NCBI GenBank assembly: GCA_965223345.1
Contig: CBDCWG010000012.1
Coordinates: 1,248,001 to 1,312,000, forward strand
DNA from: Nitrospinales bacterium
GTDB lineage: Bacteria > Nitrospinota > Nitrospinia > Nitrospinales > VA-1
DNA length: 64,000 nt
Direction of reading: 5' to 3'
The position numbers and the translations under genes were made by a program. The stretch's first letter is position 1. Each line of letters begins with the position of its first letter. The notes beneath the pieces were generated by a model that did no database searches, was not told the origin of the DNA, and saw only the letters and a program-made list of their open reading frames with translations. Of the stretch, positions 46,987 through 57,687 are shown one piece after another.

Positions 46987-48519
46987 ATGACCTCTGAGAT
47001 CCTCATCAATTCCAATCCGAGGGAAATCCGCGTCGCCCTGGTGGAAAACAATCAGTTGGCGGAGCTGTTCATCGAGCACAAGGCGAACAAGGGCATCGTC
47101 GGCAACATCTACAAAGGCAAGGTGACCAAGATCCTGCCGGGGATGCAGGTGGCCTTCGTGGATATCGGCCTGGAGAAAGCGGGCTTTCTGTATGTCGGGG
47201 ACATCGACGTGCTCGACATGCTCGACCTGGAGGACAACGACGGCAACGGCATCCCGCTCAAGGACGAGCCGATCGACGAAGGGGACGACCCGGAAAGCCG
47301 GGAGAACGGCCACGAGATTCCGATTCAGGACCTGTTGACCGAAGGCCAGGAGATCATGATCCAGGTGGCGAAAAACCCCCTGGGGACCAAGGGGCCGCGC
47401 ATCACCACCTTCATCAGTCTGCCGGGGCGCTACCTGGTCTACATGCCTACGGTCAACCACATCAACGTTTCCCGGCGCATCGAGGACGAGGTCGAAAAGG
47501 AACGGCTCAAGGAGCTGGTGGGGGAGATCGGCAAGGAAGGCGAAGGCTACATCGTGCGCACGGCCGGTCAGGGCTGCCAGAAGGAGGATTTCGAATCGGA
47601 CCTCAATTTCCTGCACCGGCTCTGGGACAAACTGAAGAAAAAATCCGAAAACGCCGTTCCCAGCCGGCTTTTGTATGAGGATCTCAACCTCATTTTCCGT
47701 TCCATCCGCGACCTGTTCACCAAGGACGTGCAGCGGCTGGTGATCGACTCGAAGGAAGATTACGATCAGTGCATCGAGTTCTGTTCCAACTTCCTGCCGC
47801 ATCTCGTCGATAAGATCGAACTGCACGACGCCCAGATTCCCATCTTCGACCACCACGGTATCGAGATCGACATCAACCGCGCGCTGGACCGCAAGGTGTG
47901 GCTGAAATCCGGCGGTTACATCTCCATCGACCAGACCGAAGCGCTGGTGGCCATCGATGTGAACACGGGAAAGTTCGTCGGCCACAGCGATCCGGAGGAG
48001 ACCATCCTCAAAACCAACCTGGAAGCGGTGAAGGAGATCGTCTACCAGCTGCGGCTGCGCAACATCGGCGGCATCATCATCGTCGATTTCATCGACATGG
48101 CGCGCGAGGAAAGCAAGGAGATCGTGTGGAACGCGCTGAGCCAGGCGCTCAAGGGCGACCGCTCGCGCACGAAAATCCTCAAGATTTCCGAGCTGGGCCT
48201 GGCCGAGATGACGCGCAAGCGCGTGCGCGAAAGCCTGGTGCAGACACTGTGCGATCCCTGTTCCTATTGCGAGGGCAAGGGCTACATCAAATCCACCGTC
48301 ACCGTGTGCTACGAGATCATCCGCGAGATCCAGCGCCTGGTGGCCAACGACCCCAACCCGAAGACCATCAAAGTGGAAGTGCACCCCGCCATCCACGATC
48401 TGATGTACGAAGAGGAAACCTCCTTTGTGGAAGAGGTCGAGGAAAAATACGACATCAAGCTGGTCTTCGAGATCAACCCCAAGCGGCATCAGGAAAACTA
48501 CCACATCGAGGTGCTTTAG
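46987..48519 (+). CDS. rng: Ribonuclease G/E family endoribonuclease (catalytic domain only)
   Basis: GNIYKGKV, AFVDIG, LPGRYLV, IDVNTG, RLRNIGGIIIVDFIDM, EMTRKR, CxxC zinc link; no long C-terminal scaffold. Confidence 0.93.
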   Translation: MTSEILINSNPREIRVALVENNQLAELFIEHKANKGIVGNIYKGKVTKILPGMQVAFVDIGLEKAGFLYVGDIDVLDMLDLEDNDGNGIPLKDEPIDEGDDPESRENGHEIPIQDLLTEGQEIMIQVAKNPLGTKGPRITTFISLPGRYLVYMPTVNHINVSRRIEDEVEKERLKELVGEIGKEGEGYIVRTAGQGCQKEDFESDLNFLHRLWDKLKKKSENAVPSRLLYEDLNLIFRSIRDLFTKDVQRLVIDSKEDYDQCIEFCSNFLPHLVDKIELHDAQIPIFDHHGIEIDINRALDRKVWLKSGGYISIDQTEALVAIDVNTGKFVGHSDPEETILKTNLEAVKEIVYQLRLRNIGGIIIVDFIDMAREESKEIVWNALSQALKGDRSRTKILKISELGLAEMTRKRVRESLVQTLCDPCSYCEGKGYIKSTVTVCYEIIREIQRLVANDPNPKTIKVEVHPAIHDLMYEEETSFVEEVEEKYDIKLVFEINPKRHQENYHIEVL

Positions 48520-48774
48520 CAGCCCCCCGCCGGCCTGCGAAATCCCGCCGTACCGGCTTTGCGCCCGCGGGCCCGGATAAGCCTTTGCATCTCCCTTTCC
48601 CCGTGTTAAGATTCATTTTTTCAAAGGTGACGGTTGTTTGTGCGCGCCGTCTGCGCGTGCTCTTCTTGAAGGTTGTGCGGGGCCGAAGCCGGCCTTGAAT
48701 GATCGCTGTGATCGGGAGGACGTTTCCGTTGCGTTGCCAGCGCATGAGGACGTTCCCGGGAAAGGGAGAAAACG

Positions 48775-49092
48775 ATGAAAGCCAAGTGTTTCGGGTTTGC
48801 CGGTCTGCTGTTGGGATTTCTCATGATTTCAGGTTGCGGGAGCACCGGAAAAGAGTTCGACGAGACTCTGATCGACAACATCGTGAACGGCACCACCACC
48901 CAGGATCAGGTGGAGGAGATGTTCGGTCCTCCCTTCAAGAAGGGGATTCAGAACGGCAGAACCATCTGGGTCTACGAATACAACGAATACAACGCCATCG
49001 GCGACGACCAGTCCAAGGACATGGTGGTCGTGTTCGAGGACACGGGCGTGGTGCGGTCGCACCAGTTCATGACCGACAAAGGCAGCCCCTGA
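48775..49092 (+). CDS. SmpA/BamE-like small lipoprotein
   Basis: Lipobox ISG-C; 'I..G.TT.DQV..MFGPP...W.Y...VVF...GVV' pattern. Confidence 0.75.
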   Translation: MKAKCFGFAGLLLGFLMISGCGSTGKEFDETLIDNIVNGTTTQDQVEEMFGPPFKKGIQNGRTIWVYEYNEYNAIGDDQSKDMVVVFEDTGVVRSHQFMTDKGSP

Positions 49093-49120
49093 TCTTCCCC
49101 TCCCAATGAATACATCCTGA

Positions 49121-50524
49121 ATGTTCGGTTTCAGCCGCAAGCAGCAAAGCGTCCTGCATTTGACGTGGGTCGCTTTTTTTTTGACCTTCATGGCCTGGTT
49201 CAACATGGCGCCGTTCAACACCACGATCATGCGGCAGATCGGTCTCACGGCGCAGCAGATCGATATTTTAATGATCGCCAACGTGGTGCTGACGATTCCC
49301 GCGCGCATCGTCATCGGCTCCCTGGCCGACCGCTACGGTCCGCGCAGCGTGTTCTGCGGGCTGCTGTTTTTTGCTTTCGGCGTGTGTCTCTACTTTTCCC
49401 TGGCGCAGAGCTTCAACGACTTTCTGGTTTCCCGGCTTCTGATGGGCATCGTCGGCGGCGGGTTCGTCGTGGGGATCAAGATGATCGGCGAATGGTTTCC
49501 GCCGGAAAAGATGGGCACGGCCCAGGGCCTCTATGCGGGCTGGGGCAATTTCGGCGCAGCCGCGGCGGCGTTTTCGCTGCCGCCGCTTGCGGTGTTGTTC
49601 CCGGAGGAAACCGGCTGGCGCGTGGCTTCGGGGGGCACCGGGCTGTTGTGCCTGATCTGGGCCGCGGTTTATTTCAAATTCGCGCACGAAAAGCACAACG
49701 GCGGCTCGGACACGCCGTTCAGCCTGCTGCACTCCATCGAGGTCACCTCCCGCAAGGACGTGTTCCTGCAGATCCTGCTGATGATTCCGCTGTACGGTGC
49801 GGTGCTGACGATCCTGTGGAAACTCTCGGGCAACCCGCTGCCGCTGCTTCCCGGCACGGTTGCGTTTTCCCTGCTGGCTTTGGTGGGCCTGCTTTTTATT
49901 CTGGGCGTTGCGGAATGCATCCGTAACAACAGATCGGTGTTTCGGGGAGAACCCGCATCCGCGCCGTATGCGTTCCAGCAGATTTTCATCCTCAGCCTGG
50001 TGTACGCGCTCACGTTTGGGTCGGCGCTTGCGGTGATCTCGATGTTTCCGGAATTTCTGCAATCGACTTTTTCGTTGTCGGTGACCGCCGCAGGGATCAT
50101 CGGTTCCAGTTTCGCTTTCATGAACCTGGTGGGCCGTCCTGGCGGGGGTTGGCTTTCCGACCGGTTCGGACGCCGGCGGACGCTGGTTTTCCTGGTCGTG
50201 GGAGCTCTGGTCTGTTATTTCCTGATGGGGCGTATCTCGGTGTCCTGGCCGCTCGCATGGGTGGTTTGCCTGTCTATCATCTGTTCCTTGTTTCTGCAGG
50301 CGGGAAGCGGCGCCTGTTTCGCGGTGGTGCCGCTGATCCGCCGCGACCTCACCGGAAAAATGGCGGGCCTGGCGGGCGCCTACGGCAATGTGGGGGCGGT
50401 GTTTTTTCTCACCTGCCTGAGTCTGATGAGCGCGCAGCAGTTTTTCCAGGTTATCGGCATGTACGCGCTGTTGGTTCTGGTCGCGCTGGCCTTTCTCAAG
50501 CCGTTCCACAACGGTGCGCGGTGA
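49121..50524 (+). CDS. narK: NarK/NrtP family nitrate/nitrite MFS transporter
   Basis: LHLTWVAFFLTFMAWFN, TIPAR, GLYAGWGNFG nitrate signature 1, VGRPGGGWLSD, GLAGAYGNVG signature 2. Confidence 0.9.
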   Translation: MFGFSRKQQSVLHLTWVAFFLTFMAWFNMAPFNTTIMRQIGLTAQQIDILMIANVVLTIPARIVIGSLADRYGPRSVFCGLLFFAFGVCLYFSLAQSFNDFLVSRLLMGIVGGGFVVGIKMIGEWFPPEKMGTAQGLYAGWGNFGAAAAAFSLPPLAVLFPEETGWRVASGGTGLLCLIWAAVYFKFAHEKHNGGSDTPFSLLHSIEVTSRKDVFLQILLMIPLYGAVLTILWKLSGNPLPLLPGTVAFSLLALVGLLFILGVAECIRNNRSVFRGEPASAPYAFQQIFILSLVYALTFGSALAVISMFPEFLQSTFSLSVTAAGIIGSSFAFMNLVGRPGGGWLSDRFGRRRTLVFLVVGALVCYFLMGRISVSWPLAWVVCLSIICSLFLQAGSGACFAVVPLIRRDLTGKMAGLAGAYGNVGAVFFLTCLSLMSAQQFFQVIGMYALLVLVALAFLKPFHNGAR

Positions 50525-50537
50525 CGGGCAACTGGCT

Positions 50538-53117
50538 TCATTCCACGCGCACCGCTTCGATGGGGTTGAGCCGCGCCGCCAGGCGGGCGGGAACCAGACC
50601 GGAAAGAAACGCCAAGCCCCAGAAGAAGACGGTCGCCCCCAACAGGAACCCGGCCGGGAAATGCACCTGGATGGTCCAGCCGAACGACTGCTTGTTGATC
50701 ACGAAGATCAGGATGTAGGACACCACCGCGCCCGCCGCCAGCCCCATCACGGTGCCGACGCCTCCCAGAATGCCCGCTTCCAGCAGCACGATGCGTCTCA
50801 ACTGGTGTTTGAACGCGCCGAGAAAGCGCAGGATTCCCATCTCGCGTTTGCGTTCCAGTATCAGGGAGATCAGCGTGTTGAACAGGCCCAGCACGGCGAC
50901 GCCCATGGCGATGATCTCCAGCGAATAGGTGATGGCGAAGGTGCGGTCGAACACTTCGAGCACGTCTTGCTTGAGCTGCGCGTTGGAGCGGATGATGAGC
51001 CGGTAGTCCTTGCCCAACGTGTCGAGCAGCTGTTTGCGCACCGATTCCAGATGGGTATTGTCTTTCAGGTAGACGATGAAGCTGTTGACGTCCGGATCGC
51101 GATAATATTTTAAGAAGGTGCTGCGGTCGATGATGATGTAGCCGCGCTCGCGCGAGTAATCGTAGTAGACGCCGGCGATCTCAAGATCCAGCGTGCCACC
51201 GGGCGTCCTGAGGGTCAGGCGGTCGCCTTCTTTAACATCATGGCGCAGCGAAAACGCCTCGGAGACGATGGCGCGGTCCCGGTTCACCAGATGATCCGCA
51301 AGCTGTTGCGCCGGGGGGCCGGATTTGATGACGAGGTTGCCGTAGCGTGAGAGCACGGAAAAATCGCCGGTGCCGAGCACGGCGGGCAGGTCGTCATAGG
51401 TGATGTCGAGTGCGCGGAACTGATCGATGGCGGCGACGCCGTCGAGCTGCTGCAGCTCGCGGATGCGGTCCGCCGGCAGGGTGTACTGGTAGTCGATGTC
51501 GCGGCCGCCCGCGACGCGCACGAACAGGTCCGCGCGCAGGGTCTGGCCGATCCAGAAGATGACGGTCTGGCGGAAGCTGTGCACCATGATCGACATGCTG
51601 ATGACCATCATGAACGCGATGGCGAGCGACGACACGGCGAGCGCGTTGCGGCCGACGTTCTGCGACAGGTTCATGCAGGCCAAAAGACCCTCGCCGCCGA
51701 AGCGCTTCTTGAACGTCCCGTGCAGTCCGCGGCGCGCCAAAAGCAGGGCGGAAGGCGCGAGCAATGAGAGCCCGAGGATCACCAGAAACACCGACAAGAA
51801 TCCGAAATAGGGAAAGTGGTCGATGGCGGGCAGCGTCGAAGCCAGCGCTGCCAGCAACAGGGTCGCGAACGCCAGGCGGGTGAGCCGCCTGCTGCCGCGA
51901 AACAGCTTGAGATCGTAGCTGCCGCGCCGCATCACCGAGGTCGGCGAGGTGTTGGCCGCATCGAGGGCAGGGAGCAGCGCCGAAGCGATGGAGAGCCCGA
52001 CCCCGAGCACGAAATAGGGGCCCATGCGGTCCCAGTGAAAATCCACTTCGCGCACGTAGCTCGGCGTGTACAGGTGGTTGATGGTGAGCGAGACCGCCTC
52101 CAGGGAGAACTGCGCGAAATAATATCCCAGTCCGATGCCGAGCAGCGATCCCACCGCGCCGATGATGCCCGCCTCCAGCAGAAACAGCAGCGCGATGAGC
52201 CGCGGCGTCGCGCCCAGGGCGCGCAGGGTACCGATCTCGACGCGGCGGCGCACGACGGAGAGAGCGATCATGTTGTAGATCAGATACAGCGCGACCAAAA
52301 GCGCCACGAAGCTCAGTGCGGTCAGGTTGTACTGAAACGCCTTGAGCATCTTTTCCACCTGCTGGTTTTTGCGCTGCGGCCGCTCGATCTTAAGATGTTC
52401 GGGGAGCAGCGGAGCCAGTCTGTCGCGCATCGTCTCGAAATTTTTATCCTTTAAAAACTGCAGGTCGATGCGGTCGAGCTTGCCCAGCTTGCCGAGCGCC
52501 CATTGCGCTGCGGCGATGTCCATCATGGCGAAATTGCCGTTCAGCGCCTTGGCGAGACCCTTGTTTTCCAGAATGGCGGTGACGGTCAGGGCTTTTTCCT
52601 GTCCGTTGATGAGAAAGCGGATGGAATCCCCCGTCTCGAAACGCGTGGTGGGGATGAACTTCTCCGGCAGCACGATGCCTCTGGGATCGAGGATGATGGG
52701 GATCAGGCCCTTGAGTCCGGTGTCGGTGGTCTTGAGGGAAAAATCGCGGATGCCGCTGTCCTGCAGCAGGTCGGTACCGATGATCTCCACCACCTCGCCG
52801 GTCGAGCTCTCGACGCCGTAGCCTTCGATCACGGGGTAGGCCTTGACCCATTCGCGCAGGCCGTTGAGTTGGGTGAAATGCGATTCGTCGAACGGCATGC
52901 CCTCGGCGCGGATCACCGCATCGGCGCGGCCGAGCACCAGATCGACGCTTTCCTGAAACGAGGACAGGGTCTGCTCGTTGGCCAGCCGGATGCTGAGAAA
53001 CACGGCCACGCCGATGGCGACGCCGACGATGGTGATGCCGGTGCGGAACGGGTCGCGCAGCATCGGGCGCAGGATGAGCGCGAAGAACAGGTCCTTGAAG
53101 TAAGTGAGGGCGCGCAT
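50538..53117 (-). CDS. ABC transporter permease, FtsX/MacB-type with duplicated architecture
   Basis: Two MacB-PCD + FtsX units; RRVEIGTLRALGA and ERKREMGILRFLG. Confidence 0.9.
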   Translation of the reverse strand: MRALTYFKDLFFALILRPMLRDPFRTGITIVGVAIGVAVFLSIRLANEQTLSSFQESVDLVLGRADAVIRAEGMPFDESHFTQLNGLREWVKAYPVIEGYGVESSTGEVVEIIGTDLLQDSGIRDFSLKTTDTGLKGLIPIILDPRGIVLPEKFIPTTRFETGDSIRFLINGQEKALTVTAILENKGLAKALNGNFAMMDIAAAQWALGKLGKLDRIDLQFLKDKNFETMRDRLAPLLPEHLKIERPQRKNQQVEKMLKAFQYNLTALSFVALLVALYLIYNMIALSVVRRRVEIGTLRALGATPRLIALLFLLEAGIIGAVGSLLGIGLGYYFAQFSLEAVSLTINHLYTPSYVREVDFHWDRMGPYFVLGVGLSIASALLPALDAANTSPTSVMRRGSYDLKLFRGSRRLTRLAFATLLLAALASTLPAIDHFPYFGFLSVFLVILGLSLLAPSALLLARRGLHGTFKKRFGGEGLLACMNLSQNVGRNALAVSSLAIAFMMVISMSIMVHSFRQTVIFWIGQTLRADLFVRVAGGRDIDYQYTLPADRIRELQQLDGVAAIDQFRALDITYDDLPAVLGTGDFSVLSRYGNLVIKSGPPAQQLADHLVNRDRAIVSEAFSLRHDVKEGDRLTLRTPGGTLDLEIAGVYYDYSRERGYIIIDRSTFLKYYRDPDVNSFIVYLKDNTHLESVRKQLLDTLGKDYRLIIRSNAQLKQDVLEVFDRTFAITYSLEIIAMGVAVLGLFNTLISLILERKREMGILRFLGAFKHQLRRIVLLEAGILGGVGTVMGLAAGAVVSYILIFVINKQSFGWTIQVHFPAGFLLGATVFFWGLAFLSGLVPARLAARLNPIEAVRVE

Positions 53118-53122
53118 CGTCG

Positions 53123-53836
53123 TCAGCGGAGGGGTTCCGGAGTCTCCTGAGAACGCGTCGTCAGCCGGCCGTCGCGGATCTCGAAATGCCGGTTGCCGTA
53201 GGTGGCGATCTGCGGGTTGTGGGTGACCACGACGAGGGTGGTGTTGAATTCCCGCGCAACTTTCTTAAGCAGTTCGAGGATCCGGATGCCGTTTTCGGAA
53301 TCCAGGTTGCCGGTGGGTTCGTCGGCTAAAAGCAGGGCGGGCTGGTGCACGAGGGCGCGGGCGATGGCGACGCGCTGCATCTCTCCGCCGGACAACTCGG
53401 CGGGCACCGAGCGGGCCCGGTCCTTCAGCCCCACATAGTCCAGCAGCTCGCCGATGCGGTCCTGCCGGGTTTTGGAGGTGAGGCTCAACAGCAGCGGCAG
53501 CTCGACGTTTTCCCACAGCGTGAGGGTGGGCAGCAGGTTGAAAAACTGGAACACGAAGCCGATGCTGCTGCGGCGCAATTCGGTGAGCTGCTGATCGCTC
53601 ATGCGCGAGATCAGCTTGCCGTCCAGGTGGATCTCGCCGGCGTCGGGGGTGTCGAGGCCGCCGATGCAGTTTAAGAGCGTGGTTTTGCCGCCGCCGCTCG
53701 GCCCCATGACGGTGACGAAATCGCCGCGCTGCATTTCCAGGTTGATGTCCTGCAGTGCGGTGACGCGTGCGGTGCCGGTTTCGTAGTGCTTGCTCACATT
53801 CACGAAGCGGACGATGGGTGTGGCGGTGGCCGTCAT
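53123..53836 (-). CDS. ABC transporter ATP-binding protein (LolD/MacB-like)
   Basis: GPSGGGKT, IGFVFQFFNL, LSGGEMQRVAIARAL, ADEPTGNLD. Confidence 0.95.
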   Translation of the reverse strand: MTATATPIVRFVNVSKHYETGTARVTALQDINLEMQRGDFVTVMGPSGGGKTTLLNCIGGLDTPDAGEIHLDGKLISRMSDQQLTELRRSSIGFVFQFFNLLPTLTLWENVELPLLLSLTSKTRQDRIGELLDYVGLKDRARSVPAELSGGEMQRVAIARALVHQPALLLADEPTGNLDSENGIRILELLKKVAREFNTTLVVVTHNPQIATYGNRHFEIRDGRLTTRSQETPEPLR

Positions 53837-54047
53837 GAAAAGCCCTTCATAAGATGGATGCGCCTTTATTTCACGGACTGTGGATGCGACGTGAAAGCTT
53901 AAACCATTTGCCGGGCGATCTCAATTTCCGCATCCGGACGCTGCGATTTTGTTGCCGGATTGTGACAATCCGTCGACAGGAGCGTGAGGTTCGGCCGATA
54001 AAATACGGATTCACAGTCTCAATTCCCAGCCTGAAAACGGAGCCCGG

Positions 54048-54260
54048 ATGCACACTTTGAATTTGAACCGCACACAACGCAAGCTCGCCAAAGAGCTGCA
54101 ACAGGAAATCGACAACGCGCTGCTCACCTCCCCCGGCGTGCGGCGCTCACTTCAGCGGCTGTTTGCGTTCGACCCGCACTGCAATCTCTCCAGATACCGC
54201 CTCACTCCGGATCTGAAATCGCTCGCCGCCCGCATCCTCAATGCGCGGACGCGCGGCTGA
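54048..54260 (+). CDS. Small hypothetical protein
   Basis: GGAG RBS; amphipathic helical 70 aa ORF filling an intergenic gap. Confidence 0.5.
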   Translation: MHTLNLNRTQRKLAKELQQEIDNALLTSPGVRRSLQRLFAFDPHCNLSRYRLTPDLKSLAARILNARTRG

Positions 54261-54467
54261 GCCCCGCCGCACACTCAGATTTTACCTGAGGTGCCACGGA
54301 TTTCTTTATCTCTTTGATAATTAATTCGATATTTTTTTATTTCCGCCAACCCCTCAGAAACCGCTTTAACGATTTCTCATCTCTCGTCTTTTCAGCCGCC
54401 GTCTGCGTCCCATTGCGCGGCCGGGCCGTTTGTGCTACTTATGGAATTTTGCAACCGCGGGGACTTC

Positions 54468-55655
54468 ATGGCTATATCCCAAAAAATCAATGGATTCATG
54501 GAGAAGTCTTCCTGGATCCGCAAAATGTTCGAAGAGGGCATCCGCCTGAAAAAACAGTTTGGCGAACAAAACGTGTTCGACCTGTCATTGGGAAACCCGG
54601 TCGTCGAACCGCCTGAGCCGTTGAAGCAGGCGATACAGCGAGCCGCTTCAGACACCACACCCGGACTGCACCGCTACATGCCCAATTCCGGGCTGCTTTC
54701 CTGCCGCACCACCGTCGCCAAAAGCCTGAGCGCGGAAAGCGGTGTGGAACTTTCTGCGGACGACGTCGTGATGGTGTGCGGCGCGGCGGGCGGGCTCAAC
54801 ATCGCGCTGAAAACCATCCTCGATCCGGACGATGAGGTGCTGATCTTCGCCCCGTATTTCGTCGAGTATCTTTTTTACGCCGACAACCACGGCGGCAGAG
54901 CGGTGGCGGTCCCCACGCGGCCGGATTTTTCCCTCGATCTCGAGGCGCTGGAAAAAGCGATCACGCAAAAGACCAAGGCGGTGATCGTCAATTCGCCCAA
55001 CAACCCGACGGGCGTGGTGTATTCGCGCGCGTCCCTGACTGCGTTGGCCGAACTGCTGCGCAAAAAATCCCAGGAGCGGGGACGGGCGATCTACCTGATC
55101 TCGGACGATCCGTACAAGAAAATCGTGTTCGACGGGGTCGAGGCGGCGAACATTCTGGAGCTGTACGAACACAGCATTTACATCAGCTCGCATTCCAAGG
55201 ACCTGGCGGTGCCGGGCGAGCGCATCGGGTTTGTGGCGGTGCACCCGCAGGCGGAAGCGGCGGCGCAGCTGATGGCGGGGCTCATTTTCTGCAACCGGGT
55301 GCTGGGTTTCGTGAACGCACCGGCGCTGATTCAGCGGGCGGTGGCCCAGGTCGAAGGGGTGAGCGTCGATGTGGGGCCGTATCAGAAAAAGCGCGATTTC
55401 CTGTACGACGCGCTGACGCGCATCGGTTACGAGGTGGTGCGGCCGCAGGGGGCGTTTTACTTTTTCCCGCGCTCGCCGCTTAAGGATGAAGTGGAATTCG
55501 CCCGCATTCTGGCTGAAAAGAAGGTGCTTGTGGTGCCGGGCCGCGGTTTCGGCCTGCCCGGTTATTTCCGCATTTCCTATTGTTTGGAAGATGCGGTGAT
55601 CGAAGGGGCCATCCCCGGCCTGGAAGCGGCCTACCAGGAGGCCCGGGGACGCTGA
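54468..55655 (+). CDS. PLP-dependent aminotransferase class I/II (aspartate aminotransferase-like)
   Basis: SSWIRKMFEEG, DLSLGNP, NSPNNPTG, DDPY, SHSKDLAVPGERIG. Confidence 0.92.
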   Translation: MAISQKINGFMEKSSWIRKMFEEGIRLKKQFGEQNVFDLSLGNPVVEPPEPLKQAIQRAASDTTPGLHRYMPNSGLLSCRTTVAKSLSAESGVELSADDVVMVCGAAGGLNIALKTILDPDDEVLIFAPYFVEYLFYADNHGGRAVAVPTRPDFSLDLEALEKAITQKTKAVIVNSPNNPTGVVYSRASLTALAELLRKKSQERGRAIYLISDDPYKKIVFDGVEAANILELYEHSIYISSHSKDLAVPGERIGFVAVHPQAEAAAQLMAGLIFCNRVLGFVNAPALIQRAVAQVEGVSVDVGPYQKKRDFLYDALTRIGYEVVRPQGAFYFFPRSPLKDEVEFARILAEKKVLVVPGRGFGLPGYFRISYCLEDAVIEGAIPGLEAAYQEARGR

Positions 55656-55766
55656 CCCCGCCGGACAGGGGGCCGGGCGCAAAACAGGGGTCGCCCGGCG
55701 AACCCTTTTTGCTAAAATGGAATCTAAATCCCTAAAGAACGCTCACATGCAGAGGAATCGTTTGCA

Positions 55767-56921
55767 ATGGCTTTGACTCAGGATCAAATCAACCGATACA
55801 GCCGCCACCTGTTGCTGCCGGAGGTGGGGGTGGAAGGGCAGGAAAAAATCTGCAACGGCAAGGTGCTGCTGATCGGCACCGGCGGCCTCGGTGCGCCGCT
55901 CGGCCTGTATCTCGCCGCCGCCGGAGTGGGGAAACTCGGACTGATCGATTTCGACGTGGTCGATCAGAGCAACCTGCAGCGGCAGGTGATCCACGGCGAA
56001 GCGACGCTGGGCAAGCTGAAGGTCGATTCCGCCAAGGCGCGGTTGAACGATCTCAATTCCAGCATCGAAATCGAAACGCACAACACGCGTTTGAGTTCGG
56101 AAAACGCGCTGGAAATCTTCAAGGATTACGACATCATCGTCGATGGCACCGACAATTTCCCCACCCGTTATCTCGCCAACGACGCGGCCGTGCTGTTGGG
56201 CAAGCCTTACATCTACGGCTGCATCCTGCGCTTCGAGGGACAGGCCTCGGTGTTCGATTCCAGGCAGGGGCCGTGCTACCGCTGCCTGTACCCGGAACCG
56301 CCGCCGCCGGGCCTGGTGCCGAGCTGCGCGGAGGGCGGTGTTCTCGGCGTGCTTCCCGGCATCGTCGGGCTGTTGCAGGCGAACGAGGTGCTGAAGCTGC
56401 TGCTCGAGCAGGGCGACCCGTTGATCGGCCGGCTGTTGATCTTCGATGCGCTGGCGATGAAGTTCAAGGAGCTGAAACTGCGCAAGGACAAAAACTGCCC
56501 GATCTGCGGCGACAACCCGACGATCAAGGAACTGGTGGACTACGAACAGTTTTGCGGCATCGTGCCGCAGGAACCGAGCGCCGAAGACGAAGCGCTGGAG
56601 GTCGATGTGGTCGCGGTGAAGGATATGCTCGACGCGAAAAAGAAATTCAAACTCGTCGATGTGCGCGAACCGGGCGAGGTGCAGATCTGCAGGATCGCCG
56701 GATCGACGCTCATTCCTTTAGGCGAGATCGAAGCGCTCGATCCGGCGCGCTTGAACGGGCTGAAAAAAGACGACGACATCGTCGTGCACTGCAAGGCCGG
56801 GGTGCGCAGTCTCAAGGCGGCGAAGGCGCTGATGAAAATGGGCTACCAGAACGTCAAAAGCATGCGCGGCGGCATCGGCGAATGGTCGGATCGCATCGAT
56901 CCTTCCGTGCCGAAATACTGA
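55767..56921 (+). CDS. moeB: Molybdopterin-synthase adenylyltransferase MoeB/MoeZ (ThiF + rhodanese)
   Basis: RYSRHLLL, GTGGLG, SNLQRQ, DGTDNFPTRY, CYRC and CPIC; rhodanese loop HCKAGVRS. Confidence 0.93.
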   Translation: MALTQDQINRYSRHLLLPEVGVEGQEKICNGKVLLIGTGGLGAPLGLYLAAAGVGKLGLIDFDVVDQSNLQRQVIHGEATLGKLKVDSAKARLNDLNSSIEIETHNTRLSSENALEIFKDYDIIVDGTDNFPTRYLANDAAVLLGKPYIYGCILRFEGQASVFDSRQGPCYRCLYPEPPPPGLVPSCAEGGVLGVLPGIVGLLQANEVLKLLLEQGDPLIGRLLIFDALAMKFKELKLRKDKNCPICGDNPTIKELVDYEQFCGIVPQEPSAEDEALEVDVVAVKDMLDAKKKFKLVDVREPGEVQICRIAGSTLIPLGEIEALDPARLNGLKKDDDIVVHCKAGVRSLKAAKALMKMGYQNVKSMRGGIGEWSDRIDPSVPKY

Positions 56922-57124
56922 GTTCGCGCGGCGGGTTTGCAAACCGCGCGCGCTTGAGGCTTCGCCGACAAAATTCTGAATACGGAAGTCCTGGGCCAAA
57001 CGCAAACCGCTGAAAAAGTGCGCGTTTTTGTGCGCGTCCGTACAGCCCAAAATTCTCCCCGCCGCACCCGTATTGTTTGCCGCCGAAACTCAAAAGTTTG
57101 TGTGAACGCGAAAGATGAATGCCC

Positions 57125-57153
57125 TTGACATTGCAGGGTTCCCCGTTTATTTT
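57125..57153 (+). promoter_or_regulatory. Sigma70-type promoter
   Basis: TTGACA-17 nt-TATTTT upstream of the 57204 ORF. Confidence 0.55.
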
Positions 57154-57203
57154 AAAATTTAGATACAGAAGCGATCTTCATCTCTTTGCCAAAGGGGGCC
57201 TTT

Positions 57204-57587
57204 GTGAGTGATGCACACGAATCTGAAAGTTCTGAGCGCAATTTCGAGAAGTTGTCGAAGGCCATCACCGATGCCGTGATGAACTCCGAGAAGGTGAAAA
57301 AGATTGTTTCTGAGATTCAGAAAAAAGAAAAAATCTGTCCCCAGAGTTTCATGGTACTGGTTCTGAAGATGCAGGTGCTCACCGAATCGCTTGAGATGGA
57401 GGTTGAGGAAGACTTCCTGGAGAAGAAACCCGCGGCGCACAAAAAGAGCGCACGGAAAAAACCCAAGGAGCGTCCTCAGTTCATCGATGGAAACCGCCTC
57501 ACACAAAACGAAATCGATTACCAGGAGTTTTCCAGCGAAAGGTTCGACACCCAGACTTGGCTCAAGAAACACGGGCTCATTTTCTAG
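57204..57587 (+). CDS. Hypothetical charged protein
   Basis: AAGGGGG RBS before GTG; promoter upstream; helical N-terminus and basic linker. Confidence 0.7.
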   Translation: MSDAHESESSERNFEKLSKAITDAVMNSEKVKKIVSEIQKKEKICPQSFMVLVLKMQVLTESLEMEVEEDFLEKKPAAHKKSARKKPKERPQFIDGNRLTQNEIDYQEFSSERFDTQTWLKKHGLIF

Positions 57588-57687
57588 AACCATTTTCGTT
57601 TCCCTCTCCGCCGCTTTTTTCTCGTTTCTCGTCTGGGCCTGGCCCTGGACATCCTATTCCCTCGACTACGAAGACGCGCGCAAACGC

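Noticed and set aside
50538..53836. ABC pair as a novel system
   Set aside because: An ordinary MacB/FtsX-type permease plus ATPase with nothing unusual visible
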